64,000 nucleotides of DNA from Euprymna scolopes (lineage: Eukaryota): assembly GCA_053919585.1 (NCBI GenBank), contig CM132816.1; one strand, given 5' to 3'. Positions 52,850-64,000 of the stretch are shown piece after piece. The translations under genes and the position numbers were made by a program. Every line of letters starts with the position of its first letter. The stretch's first letter is position 1. The notes beneath the pieces were generated by a model. The model ran no database searches, was not told the DNA's origin, and saw nothing but the letters and a program-made list of their open reading frames with translations.

Positions 52850-53710
52850 AGCAAGATATATGTTCATATTACACTTTAACTTCTACATGTCAATAAAGTT
52901 GGGGGAGCAACAGCCCGAAAGGGGATTCCGAATCTAGCAGCTCTGGACCAGAAAATATTAGAGTAGAAGGCTTTCTTACATCTAGGGATCTCTACAGTGT
53001 AGGAGTGGGATATTGCTGCTTTTCGAGTTTTCGGGGGTATTTACGTCAAGGGCGCATCCTGGATTGTAGTTCGTCGGAGCATATACTATTAAAATGCGTG
53101 CAAAACAGGCAATACGAGACAGAGGTTAAAGCTTAGATGACTGTTCAGAACCTAGCAGGTTGTTGACTTTCTTTGGAACCCTGTCCAGGAGTGAGAGATT
53201 AGTAGGAGGTACATTACCCCAGATGTGGAAACACTACTCCATACATGGGCGAATGGTGACCTTGTAGAGTTACAGGATACTTTCAGGCGTAAGTGACTTT
53301 CTAGCACGGTAGGGAGAGCCCATCGTCTTCGCAGCAGCCTAGGAACTGCTTTCGATGTATTTGTTCCAACTCATGTTCCCTGTGAACGTCAAACGGGGGA
53401 CTTTAGACGACATAGTCAAAGGTAATGTATCTTTAGCCATGGCTATAGGTGGTTGAGACTGTTTCTTATAATTATTAAAGGGAATCAGCTTCTTCTTAGC
53501 AGCATTGAACACTACATCCATTTTTGTCCCTCTTCCACGAAAGGCAGCAAGTTTTCCTGTAGTGTTTCTGATATTGCCTTGAATATGTGTTCATTCATTA
53601 TTCATTTGTGTCTGTTATAGAGCGTGGTGTCTTCAGCAAATCTGCTCATGTCAGAGATTATATTATCGGGGAGATCATTTATGAAAACCAGGAATAATAA
53701 AGGATCAAAT
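52850..53710 (-). mobile_element. CR1/L2-group LINE RT 3' fragment
   Basis: - strand LVFINDLPD...FAEDTTL...VVFNAAK...LTFTGNMSWNKYI...LYKVTIRPCMEc..HIW...LDRV. Confidence 0.85.
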
Positions 53711-54109
53711 AGTAAAAAGAAATCTGACCTTAAATATAGCTTTTCTATTTTATAGATAAAAAAAAACTAATATTTTTTACTGGGAAATATTTTATGTTAC
53801 ACTGGCTACGGGAGATAATGTTTTTTTTTGCAATTCATGTGTTCTTAAAACAAAACAGATGTATTATAAACTGGGATATAGCGCTGTGATAGAGTATGCG
53901 ACAACATATCGACTGATCCCCTTTTTAAGCCAACGTGTACGTCACAATTTTATTTTTACAATTTTATTTTCACAATTTTTTTTTTTAATAATGAGTTAAA
54001 TTTACGTTTAAAGAAAAGGTACCATACAAAAGCGCCATTTCTTCGTTTGAATATTTTAAACATAAACATTAATAAAAAGTGTCTCCGCTATGGCATTTGT
54101 TTTGTACAG

Positions 54110-54400
54110 GAGTCATCGCTTATCAGGGATTAGATACCACTCGAGGATAAGGTTTAAAGGAATTGGAATGGGTAGTAGTGTAACTTTGGTAAATTTGATT
54201 AGTTGAAGGGAACGGTTCATCAAGAACTTGTTTACGACGATTTTGTAATAAGCTAGAAAGCAGGCAAACAGTAAACAGTTCCATACGTGTGCAGTTCTGA
54301 AAAAGAAGTGTTTCGGGGAATCTACGTTTAGGTTTAGGCACGGATAAAGAGTAATAAACAAAATTATTGATAGTGGGTTCAGTTAGACGAGTGAAATGAC
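54110..54400 (-). mobile_element. CR1/L2-group LINE 3' end
   Basis: HFFFRTAHVWNCL; matches 34870-35140. Confidence 0.8.
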
Positions 54401-54631
54401 ATTCATCATTAAGTAAAAAAAAAACAGATTGAATTTGATAAACCACATTAGCATTCTTATTTTGTGTATTTTATATTTTCTTTGCGAACAAGTCAACTCA
54501 GCAACTTCTTCCTCGTAATGCATACTTATAAATAAAGGAATGATCTACAAGAATACATACACAATCTGCAAAAATTCAAATTTTATAATTAAGAGTATTG
54601 CACAACCGAGCAATGCCTGGTAACGTGATGT

Positions 54632-54996
54632 TTCTAGGTAAAATCCTCGGCTTGGGAGAGGTGCTAATCAAGCGGCAGCGATGAATTGTGATACAACGAA
54701 ACATCTTTATATGTCGATAACTACAAATATATTTTATCCCCCTCTTTGGTAGAGCAGTGTCATAAATAATTTCACCCTACACTTACTTGGCTGAAAAATG
54801 CGAGGGTCACTGTTTGTTTATAAATATGCGGCTTGAACACTATAAAAATGGTGGACGAATGTTGGTTTAAAATAAACGCTTGGCGAGGTTATTAGAAGGC
54901 GCCGCTCTGTTCTAGGTTCACTTCCCGGCTTGGGAAAGATGCTAGTCTAGCGGAACTGATGAGTTGTGATACAACGTAACTTGACTGTATGTCGAT

Positions 54997-55000
<4 letters not shown>
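54632..55000 (+). repeat. Two tandem degenerate family-B hammerheads 278 nt apart
   Basis: gCGATGA-ATTG-tgata-CAAC-GAAAC (54678) and CTGATGA-GTTG-tgata-CAAC-GTAAC..CTG-TA-TGTCGATGAC (54956), each inside a ~90-bp direct repeat; homologous to the HHR at 8315. Confidence 0.75.
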
Positions 55001-55070
<70 letters not shown>

Positions 55071-55072
55071 TA

Positions 55073-55529
55073 TTCCATTTGTGATTTTTTCCAAGGAATC
55101 TGCCTTTTGGATCATTTTGGACCATCTTCCAGTTACGCGATTCCTTTGGAACTTACCTGGTGGATTGAAAGTTTTTACTTCGACCTTATTTGGATTTTAC
55201 CATTCTTGGATTATTTACCCTTCACCGGACTATCCATTCATGTGAAATCTTTTTATCATTTTTTTCTTTTACCTCCTATTCCCCTTACCTCACCCTTTTT
55301 TAACCAAGTAAGATATGTGACTTACTTGTGGTTTCATTAAATACTTTTATATGCAAAATCCGATCCCGCCTTTTGCTAATTCCTACCCTCTGATGAGAAG
55401 GAGATTATTACTTCGAAACTCCGCGGATTAAGGACTATCCACTTATCTTGTGCTTCTTTTTTAAAATTAAATATTATTTTAACTCTTTTTTTAAGATGTT
55501 GTTTAACATGTTTTATTAATCATTTGTTA
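55073..55529 (+). mobile_element. HHR-bearing repeat, family A copy 3, flanked by (TA)n on both sides
   Basis: HHR 55386-55434: ccct-CTGATGA-GAAG-gagattatta-CTTC-GAAA-CTCCGCGGAT-TA-agg. Confidence 0.85.
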
Positions 55530-55551
55530 TATATATATATGTATATACATG

Positions 55552-55582
<31 letters not shown>

Positions 55583-56047
55583 TTGTGAACACTTAATACA
55601 TACACACAGTTGCACAGTTTGTTTTGAAGAAAAAAAGATGCGTGCGCTTTGATGGACGATTACGTTTGTCACCGACATTTGTCGGCTTCTTGTTAATTCA
55701 TCTTTCTGTTCTTTTTTTACTCGACTTTTCATGGATAATTATTTTAAAGTGCTTCTCTCGATTATCCCACTTTGATCATCATATGTCATTATCCTACCGA
55801 CGGCGGCTGCCTCGTCGCCATGTCTCCCTTACGTGTTTCAGATACAGGGCGGATGGCGTCATAGCGGAAAATGAAAGTAGGAGAAAGAGGGGAGGGGAAT
55901 AACATCAACGCCAAGAAAATAAAGATGAAGAAGATAGTAGAAATAAGAAAACAAATACTACCATAGTTCCTTCTACAGCTACAACAAATAATAACAATTT
56001 TAATCATATTAATATAAATCATCTTTTTTCAAATACATGGGTCAGAG

Positions 56048-56756
56048 TAAAACAAGTGAAGCATCCATGTTCCCCCGAACCAGGCATAAAATAACTAAGT
56101 TCAACATTTGCGACTCCCCTATATACCCACAAAAGTCTCCAGGGGGTGTTAAATTCTGTAGAAAATGAAACAACGGTGCAATTTTAGGCCTTTACATATG
56201 TAAATCTGCGTTCTGCACATGCGAAAAAAAATGACTAAGTTCATTATTTGGCATTCACCCCATTTAGCCTGAAAGACGCAAGGGCTTTAACATATATGAA
56301 TTTGAGTCCAGCACCATGCAAAACTGCTAAATAGACATACACAGAAAATTTAGGACAAATATGGTAATATAGTCCTAAAAATGTTGTGTTTTTATTATCC
56401 CTTAAAAACGCCCCGGGAGTTTTCGCGAAATATAGACAAACAAAATTATAGATAAATCAGTAAGGTACTACTTTTCAGAAATTTTCATAAAAATCCAAGG
56501 CCTCAATGTTATTAATAAGCACACACTTTTAAATTTTAGCAATTTTAACATACTTGGGGTGGGGCAACCGGGTGTGTCCCGGAAAATCCGTTTTGTTACT
56601 GTTTTACTCATATTATTTTTAACGTGTGTGCAAAATTTCAAAAAAATTCCAAGGCGTAATTATTGGGAAAAGTGGGGACATACAGACGGAGTATATGACG
56701 AACGAACACGGATGAATTTACAGATCCACCCTCATTTTGTCAGGGGCCTAAAAATA
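56048..56756 (+). mobile_element. Helentron-associated (HINE/DINE-like) non-autonomous element
   Basis: Starts AAAACAAG; CAAAATTTCA motif, ACAG/ACGG-type repeats, and a 3' stem-loop ending GGGGCCTAAAAA. Confidence 0.4.
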
Positions 56757-58827
56757 CATTGTCACATTTTATGTTTCTAAGAACATAAGTTCTATTACGT
56801 TAAAAAACGGTAAAAAAAAAATATTTCCCTATCCAGATTTAATAGTTGATAGATCAATTCTCGAGATCAAGTATTCTTTGGCAACATGACAACGTAAACA
56901 CATAAATTCTGTAGAGAGAATTAAAAGAACACGCTAAGCAGCTGCATAATTTTTGATTCCCTTATGTAATTTTTCACAACCAATATCCTTAGAGCAATGT
57001 TTCTGATAAAAAAAAATCAATGTGGCATCACCAGTAACGAAGTAAAATATATAAACAGAGACAGTTAATAGTCAAGATAGAGACGTGGATCACAGAACGA
57101 AATAATGCTACAGATCTAGTGAGAAGCGTAAATATTGTTCGAGATCACGTGGGTCACGCCCAGCTACAAAAATGAGAAAATAAATGTTGCTGTTGAAAAA
57201 AGAAAATCGAGTTGAAGATATGTTCTATTATTGTGCTCTTTCTGATTGAGACATACAACGTGCGTTGGTTTACACTAGACGTGTTTTATATATGTGTGTA
57301 CTTTGTACGTTTTATCCTCTATTAATTACGCATCTTCTATGGGTTGTCTTCGGCGATATCAATAAAAATGTATTATACGAGTAAGGAATACTTCCATTAT
57401 AACGCTAGACAATGTCTCATATTTGGTCTAATTATGTGTATTAACCCCTCTTTCTCATATATGAACTGGATTTACGTTTGTAAGAACGCGCATTTTTATC
57501 TATACATTTACAAAACTCAAATGTCCTTGTAAGGGATGTTGTAACCCAACATCCATTTTACGACGTCCAGTTGCGCATGCGTACACACACAAATAATCAA
57601 CGCGGCAATACAACGTATTATTTTACTGTGTACGTTTTCAGCGTCCCAATTGTTTTTGTTTTCGCGTTTAAATTATCGAAATAACCAATTGTTTATACTT
57701 TCTGTTTTTTTTACATCGTTAATTTCCTTATTACGTTTAAGTTATGTTAACGAAATTTTCTTACAAATAAATCTACTTTAACCTGTTGAACACCTTAAGA
57801 TAATTTTACAATGGCGATTTACCCACCGCCTTCAATTTTTGTTAATTTATTCTCCAATTTAATACACCTTTCTAAAAAAAAATCCTTTCATTTTCTTCTA
57901 CACTATCAACATAAATACACAACTCCAAACATATGCATTTGTTTTAATTTGCGTTAGAAATAAATAATAAACGTGAAAATAAAACGTATTTTTTTCTGTG
58001 TACGTTTTCAGCGTCCCAATTGTTTTTTCGCGTTTATATTAAAAGATATATCAAAATTTGAATTAAACTGTTAGTAGTATGGCATCTTTTCAGTACACAT
58101 ATACCTTTAACTATGACAAACCACTTATAATTCAATGACTGTAAGTTTTTTTCAAAAATACACAATCAAACAGAACGACTCATAGAAACCTATCTATATA
58201 TTTTTTTAAATTTTTAATATACTTTCATAGAACTGTTTCTGTTATGTCACAAAAAACATTTTCATTACGTGACAAGTGTCACCATAATACATAATTTCAA
58301 TAGCTAGTATAACATATTGACACAACGTGGTCACGTGTAGTGTAGGTAAAACTACATATTACGGCTTTTCTCGAATAATTTTATCGATGGGCTATCTATA
58401 ATTACCTCCATTACATTTGCCTTGAATTAAATTAATATTCCGTATTGCTTTCGGTTAGTCAAAGATGGAGCATAGTTAGTACAAAATACAATAGAAGATT
58501 TGGGATCAGCATATGGTGTGCTTATGATAATATCTGTATATTTTATCGAATCTGTTGCACTTCTCGTTGCTACAGAAGTGCATAACGCCAGGTAAAACGT
58601 GTTTGAGATGGCGCAAACTTTGCGTTAATATTACACGAGTAACTACTTTCATTTAGAGTGTAAATCACACCCAGATATTTTTTTTTCTATACAAAATAAA
58701 TGGACCTTGATTTTCTGTTTGAATACCGTTTCTCTTCTCGGTCTGATGTGGTGGGTCACTCTGAAGTGAAATTCTATTGAAACATTCATGCACATAGGTA
58801 ACCAATGACGTCGTATAATAAACATAC

Positions 58828-58878
<51 letters not shown>

Positions 58879-59102
58879 ATATATATATGTATATAAAGAG
58901 AGAAAGAGGAAGAGCAATAAAGATGGACGGACAACAAAAAAAAAAAAGAGAATTCAATTAAATTATTAAAACGGGGTCAAATCAATTTTCCGTATAAAAT
59001 TTCATTTTTTTTTTTTTTTGGTATGTTTTGCAATTGTATATTTATCTATTCAGATAAGGCTTTGTTCCGGATTCCAAATTCGGTATAATTATATAATTTA
59101 AG

Positions 59103-59190
<88 letters not shown>

Positions 59191-59439
59191 TTAGCATCAT
59201 CATCTTCGGCAATAACCCGCTACAAGTACAATGGTTCTCTCGTCGGTGAGATTGGGTCTGGTAATTTGTGGGTCTTCCTATGGTTGTCGTGCCTGCTCCT
59301 TGACTGCAGATCTTATTGCGATGGCGGTAGGTGTGAATGGTCTACTGGGTTGCTAAAGAAGGGGAAGTAGCCGTGTTGGTTGTAAAACTCCCCTTCTTCT
59401 GCTTTCTCCTGCTTTCCGCTGCTCAGCAGAGCCGCAGAA

Positions 59440-59525
<86 letters not shown>

Positions 59526-60339
59526 CTACTTTGTAAATGTTTGTGAATGTGTGATATAAGTCCTTTACAAATGGACTCAGGGCGGCTGGGGTGATTCTCT
59601 TAAATGAAATTTGACTCCAATTTCAACTCGTATTTGGAGCTAGGTGAACAACTTGCACTACTATAAATCGCAAGCACATTTAAACATATTTTTCACGCCA
59701 CAAAAAGAATACCAAAATTCCTGTTAAAGCATAATTGACCAACAATACTTGACTTTTTGTATTTTTATCTGATTTTAAGCCAGTGTGTCAATATTACTTT
59801 ATAAAGTGTATCTGATGAGACAAGTGCGCGTTTGAAGCAACTTTAGATCACCAGTAAGATGTAATAGATTATTTTTCGAATTTTAAACTTTAATTCAATA
59901 TATTATATATGAAATAAACAGTAGGTTCCGTAGTCTACTGCAGGAAGTATGTAGAATCTTCTTGGTACACAACCGGGCATCCTTGCAGAGACCAGGTAAT
60001 TAATCGAAGTAATTGTAAAAATGGGCGATTTCACCGATTTTAACACAAAAAATTATTGAAACGTTAGTGATTTTTATTCAATTCCGGGAAATGTTGTGTC
60101 TCTGTCCGAGTATAAAGTTATTTACATGCAGTAGTGTTTCCTGGTATCACAGTTAATCAGCCAGGGTTGAAATCATCGCTTCTTTCCGTTACGCTTTTTC
60201 TCAGATGGGTATGCGAAATTACAATGTCTAAATGCCTCAGCCCTATTTGTTTACATAAAGAGAATTATTAGTAAGCTAGCATCAATTTGTTATTTCACTT
60301 CCTAATATGGTCAACACAAAATAGGGAGCATTTATTGTA

Positions 60340-60400
60340 ATCCACATAGTGTACTCTTTCACAGCTCACCAGTGCGGCTAACATTAGAAACTACGTCAAG
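60340..60400 (-). ncRNA. Decayed family-B hammerhead copy
   Basis: ATCCACATA..GTACT.TTTCACAGCTCACCAGTGCGGCTA...AACTAC.TCAAG matches 8318-8385, with a deletion in the core. Confidence 0.6.
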
Positions 60401-60491
60401 CCACAGCTGAAACTCAATCGCCAGCCAACGCCTTTTACGTTTACGTTATGTTTTTTTCTGCTAACGAAATAATACGAAATTACACTAACGC

Positions 60492-60550
<59 letters not shown>

Positions 60551-60908
60551 TTGTTATTGTTATATAAACATGCTCACATCCCGCTGCTACAAATAGCCAC
60601 TTGTTTCAATCAAACAACAGATATCATCATGCAGCGACTTGACTATTCAAAAGTTCAATGAATTCATTAGTCCATTACTTTTGAANNNNNNNNNNNNNNN
60701 NNNNNNNNNNNNNNNNNNNNNNNNNNNNNNNNNNNNNNNNNNNNNNNNNNNNNNNNNNNNNNNNNNNNNNNNNNNNNNNNNNNNNNNNNNNNNNNNNNNN
60801 NNNNNNNNNNNNNNNNNNNNNNNNNNNNNNNNNNNNNNNNNNNNNNNNNNNNNNNNNNNNNNNNNNNNNNNNNNNNNNNNNNNNNNNNNNNNNNNNNNNN
60901 NNNNNNNN

Positions 60909-62442
60909 CATAAGACAACTTATGAAACTAAGCGTTTAAGCATATTATCGAATTTTTATTCAAACGAATGGTTGAAACTATTGCCAAAAGGGAAAATATG
61001 ATGGGAATCTGCTTCATTCGAAACCCTAACCCTGATCTAATAATTATTTTTATAAGACAAACATTTTCACCTGGTCAAAATGATTATACCACTGAAAATT
61101 TATCTAACGAAAGGCAATTATAAATTATAAAAAGGGTCTCAGTATTTTATATAGCCTACATTATTGCAAATTACTTCAAACATTCTCTTCGGCATGCTTG
61201 CGACTAACTTTTTTATACCATCTACTGAAAACTTGAATCAGAAAGTTCCTTTATCGAATCATACTGGGTTCCATCCTTTAACCCTTCTTTTGCCATCCAT
61301 CCTAAAGATTTTCAATGGGATTGAGGTCCAGAGAGCGTGTTGGATGATCTAACAATTCTATATTATTTGAAGAAAAGTATTCTCGTGCTTGTCACGAAGT
61401 GTGTATCGCAGCATTGTCTTGCTGGAAAATCCAATTTCTTCCCCACAGACGTGGGCATTCAGTCCTGATAGAAGCATTTTTAAGCATTGAAATGTACTTC
61501 AATGATGTTTACCGGCCTTTCACTATTTGCAACTTTAGAGTCTCAGCTGATGAGAAAGCATCCCAGATCATTATAGACCATCTTCCATTATGCCGAGTTG
61601 AAAAAGTCTCTTTGGGCAAATTTTTATCATGCCAATAGTGTTGAAATCCATCTGGACTATCTAGATTAAACTTTTCCTCATCGGAGAAAATTACATTTTC
61701 CCACTTCTCTTCATCCCAAGTCTGGTATTTGTCGGCATATTTAAGTCGGTTAGTTTTGTGCTGTTCAAGAAGACGTGGTTTCTGTAGTCGCTTTAAATAA
61801 TTGAAGCCCTTCATTTTTAGATGCCTTCTGATGGGTTTAGAACTACATTCTGCTGCTGTTTGGCTTTTCAATCGACTTGAGCTAATACTGGATTTTTTTT
61901 TTTAACTTCTGATACGGCGATCCAGCGATTGGGTTGTTTTTTTTGTTTTTGGGCGGCCTGCACTCTTTTTGAGCTCATATCGATCTGGATTTCTTTAAAA
62001 AAAAAGTGTGATAACCGTTTTGCTACGATTCACTTCGTTTGCAATGAATCTATGGGAGAGTCCACCCCTATTAAGCTCAAAGATCCTTCCTCTCTCAAAT
62101 TCTGATAATGGCTTCTCTTTTGCGTAATTATAATTTATTAAGATTTCTTTTTTATTCACTAACAAGTTGCTTTTAGTAAAATAGAAAGCTTTCCGTATTG
62201 ATTTTTTTAAAACTAGCAGGTTTTATTAAAGTCGTCTTATCATTTTGACCAGGTGAAAGTGTTTATTCTTTAAAAAAAATAATTATTAGATCAGGGTTAA
62301 GGTTTCAAATTAAGCAGATTTTCTTTTTTTCCATCATATTTTCCCTTTTGGCAATGGTTTACACCATTTGTTTGATTAAAAATTCGATAATTTGCGTAAA
62401 GGCTTACTTTCTTAAGTGGTCTTATGATTTTGACCAGTATTG
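60909..62442 (-). mobile_element. Near full-length Tc1-family transposon with ~210-bp IR/DR-type TIRs; transposase disrupted
   Basis: WENVIFSDEEKFNLDSPDG...IMIWDAFS; WIFQQDNAAIH; left arm 60909-61092 is the inverted copy of 62232-62425; GTCTTAT.ATTTTGACCAG occurs at both ends of the right TIR; the outer left end falls in an N-run. Confidence 0.92.
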
Positions 62443-62460
62443 TGTGTATGTATGTATATA

Positions 62461-62520
<60 letters not shown>

Positions 62521-62924
62521 GCCATTGACTGCCTGTCTTATGCAAGTGTGAAGTATTTTTCTACCAAACTAATCTGCCATTTTTAGTCTACAGTCTTAAA
62601 ACTTAATATAGAAGGGATTGGAAGTTGTGGAACACATTCGATCCCGGTCGTAAGGCTTAACAGTAACTGTTGAGGGGATTAAAATGCCAGAATCCACACA
62701 TTGGAAGGAACGTATATACTACATGTATAGTTTATATGCCCACTTAAATAGACATTTATACGGAAAGTCATTTGAATTTGAATGTCATTACATTGGGCTG
62801 TTGTTTGCCTCGATTACATGAATTAACCTTCGCAACCAAGTAAACCCATTAAAAAAACAAATACTTGTAATGCAACAGTTACATATCATAACCAATACTG
62901 TACTAGCTTCATAGCGCAAAACAA

Positions 62925-62988
<64 letters not shown>

Positions 62989-63019
62989 CATAAAAATTGC
63001 ATATTAAAGCGCATTTTAA

Positions 63020-63455
63020 TACAAGACGAGTCAGTTATTCAAATAACAAAACTAAACTCTTTAATAATAAGGAATCTAACACGTAAAAGGATGAGTAATA
63101 CTAACACTTACACTAAAGCCAGAATCTATTCCATACCCTGCCTTGATTGTAGAATACTATACGTAGAACCTCAACGTAATTTAAATAAAATAATATATGA
63201 ACACAAAAGAGATGTAAAAAAACAATACACTATACGCCATATTTCGTCACATCATGGTGAACGACCACCATTTTAATTTTAACAAAACAACTTTCTTTAA
63301 ACACATATATAACAGTGCAACACGAATTTTGAGCGAACCAGCTATAATTTCCAATTCCAGCAATATAATTAAAAAAAGAAAAGTGTTTTTCCACATTGCT
63401 CCCTATCGTCGAAAATAATTATTAAAGAGAACAATTTAGACACAGGTTAAACTCG

Positions 63456-63538
<83 letters not shown>

Positions 63539-64000
63539 TCCATTCGTAATTTCACTTCATTTTATTATTTTTATTTTACTTATTTATTGCATTTAATTTT
63601 TTCACTGTCTATTTAAATATCCCATTTTTATCACCTCCTACTCTTATTTTTAGAAGCCATCTACCATTATTACGCTGTTTTATTCCAATTCACTTATCTC
63701 TAATTTTAAAAAAACTCTCTTCGTAATCCCGTTTCATTTTATTTACTTAATCTATCACGGTTATATTTCCAGACGCAATCTTTTAAATCTCTACGATATT
63801 TTAACTTTTAGACGTAATCAACTACGCTAGTTTATTCTAATTAATTTTCACTAATCATAAAATGCATATATGTATATAGACATCTAATTTACATAGGGAA
63901 AACACGCTGCTCTCCCCCATCATTATATATATGCTCAAATCTTCCGTCTCTCTCGTCGATGACCATCCCTCTTGAAAAAGCCCGCATAAATCGAGCGAAA
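63020..64000 (+). mobile_element. Penelope/Poseidon-type GIY-YIG remnant plus 3' region, with a possible HHR cut off by the window end
   Basis: RIYSIPCLDCRILYV-EPQRNLNKIIYEHKRDVK; terminal cTTGAAAA-A-GCCCG-cataaat-CGAGC-GAAA. Confidence 0.75.

Larger units (their letters stand above)
4554..63528. repeat. Dozens of (TA)n, (CA)n and (GA)n microsatellites across the window
   Basis: Direct reading; these produce the YIYI and VCVC ORFs in the track. Confidence 0.95.

Noticed and set aside
59805-59852. CTGATGAGAC...GTTTGAAGC possible hammerhead
   Set aside because: GAAG instead of GAAA and no convincing stem III; too degenerate to call
1-64000. CRISPR array or prokaryotic operon
   Set aside because: No repeat-spacer periodicity or dense coding; the content is eukaryotic repeat DNA

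Overview
AT-rich eukaryotic (invertebrate-animal-like) DNA with no recognisable intact host gene. It is a mosaic of (TA)n/(CA)n microsatellites, 16 N-runs of about 150-410 bp, and decayed transposons: several Tc1/mariner types (including an IR/DR Tc1 with ~210-bp TIRs), a Ty1/copia fragment, CR1/L2-like LINE 3' fragments, a restriction-like-endonuclease (R4/NeSL-type) LINE, Penelope-like elements (PLEs; RT and GIY-YIG remnants), Helitron/Helentron-like non-autonomous elements and two different 5S-rRNA-derived SINEs. The main unexplained signal is a dense set of about a dozen type-I hammerhead ribozyme (HHR) motifs on both strands. Most have the palindromic minimal stem III known from PLEs, and they fall into at least two repeated families. 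They lie in or next to (TA)n tracts, one pair is in tandem 278 nt apart (retrozyme-like), one copy is bounded by a 14-bp direct repeat together with its (TA)n tract, and one sits at the apex of a ~70-bp fold-back. A TIR-bounded element carrying degenerate TTAGGG repeats is also present. All calls were made by eye, with no alignments, database searches or folding runs; boundaries of decayed elements are approximate.
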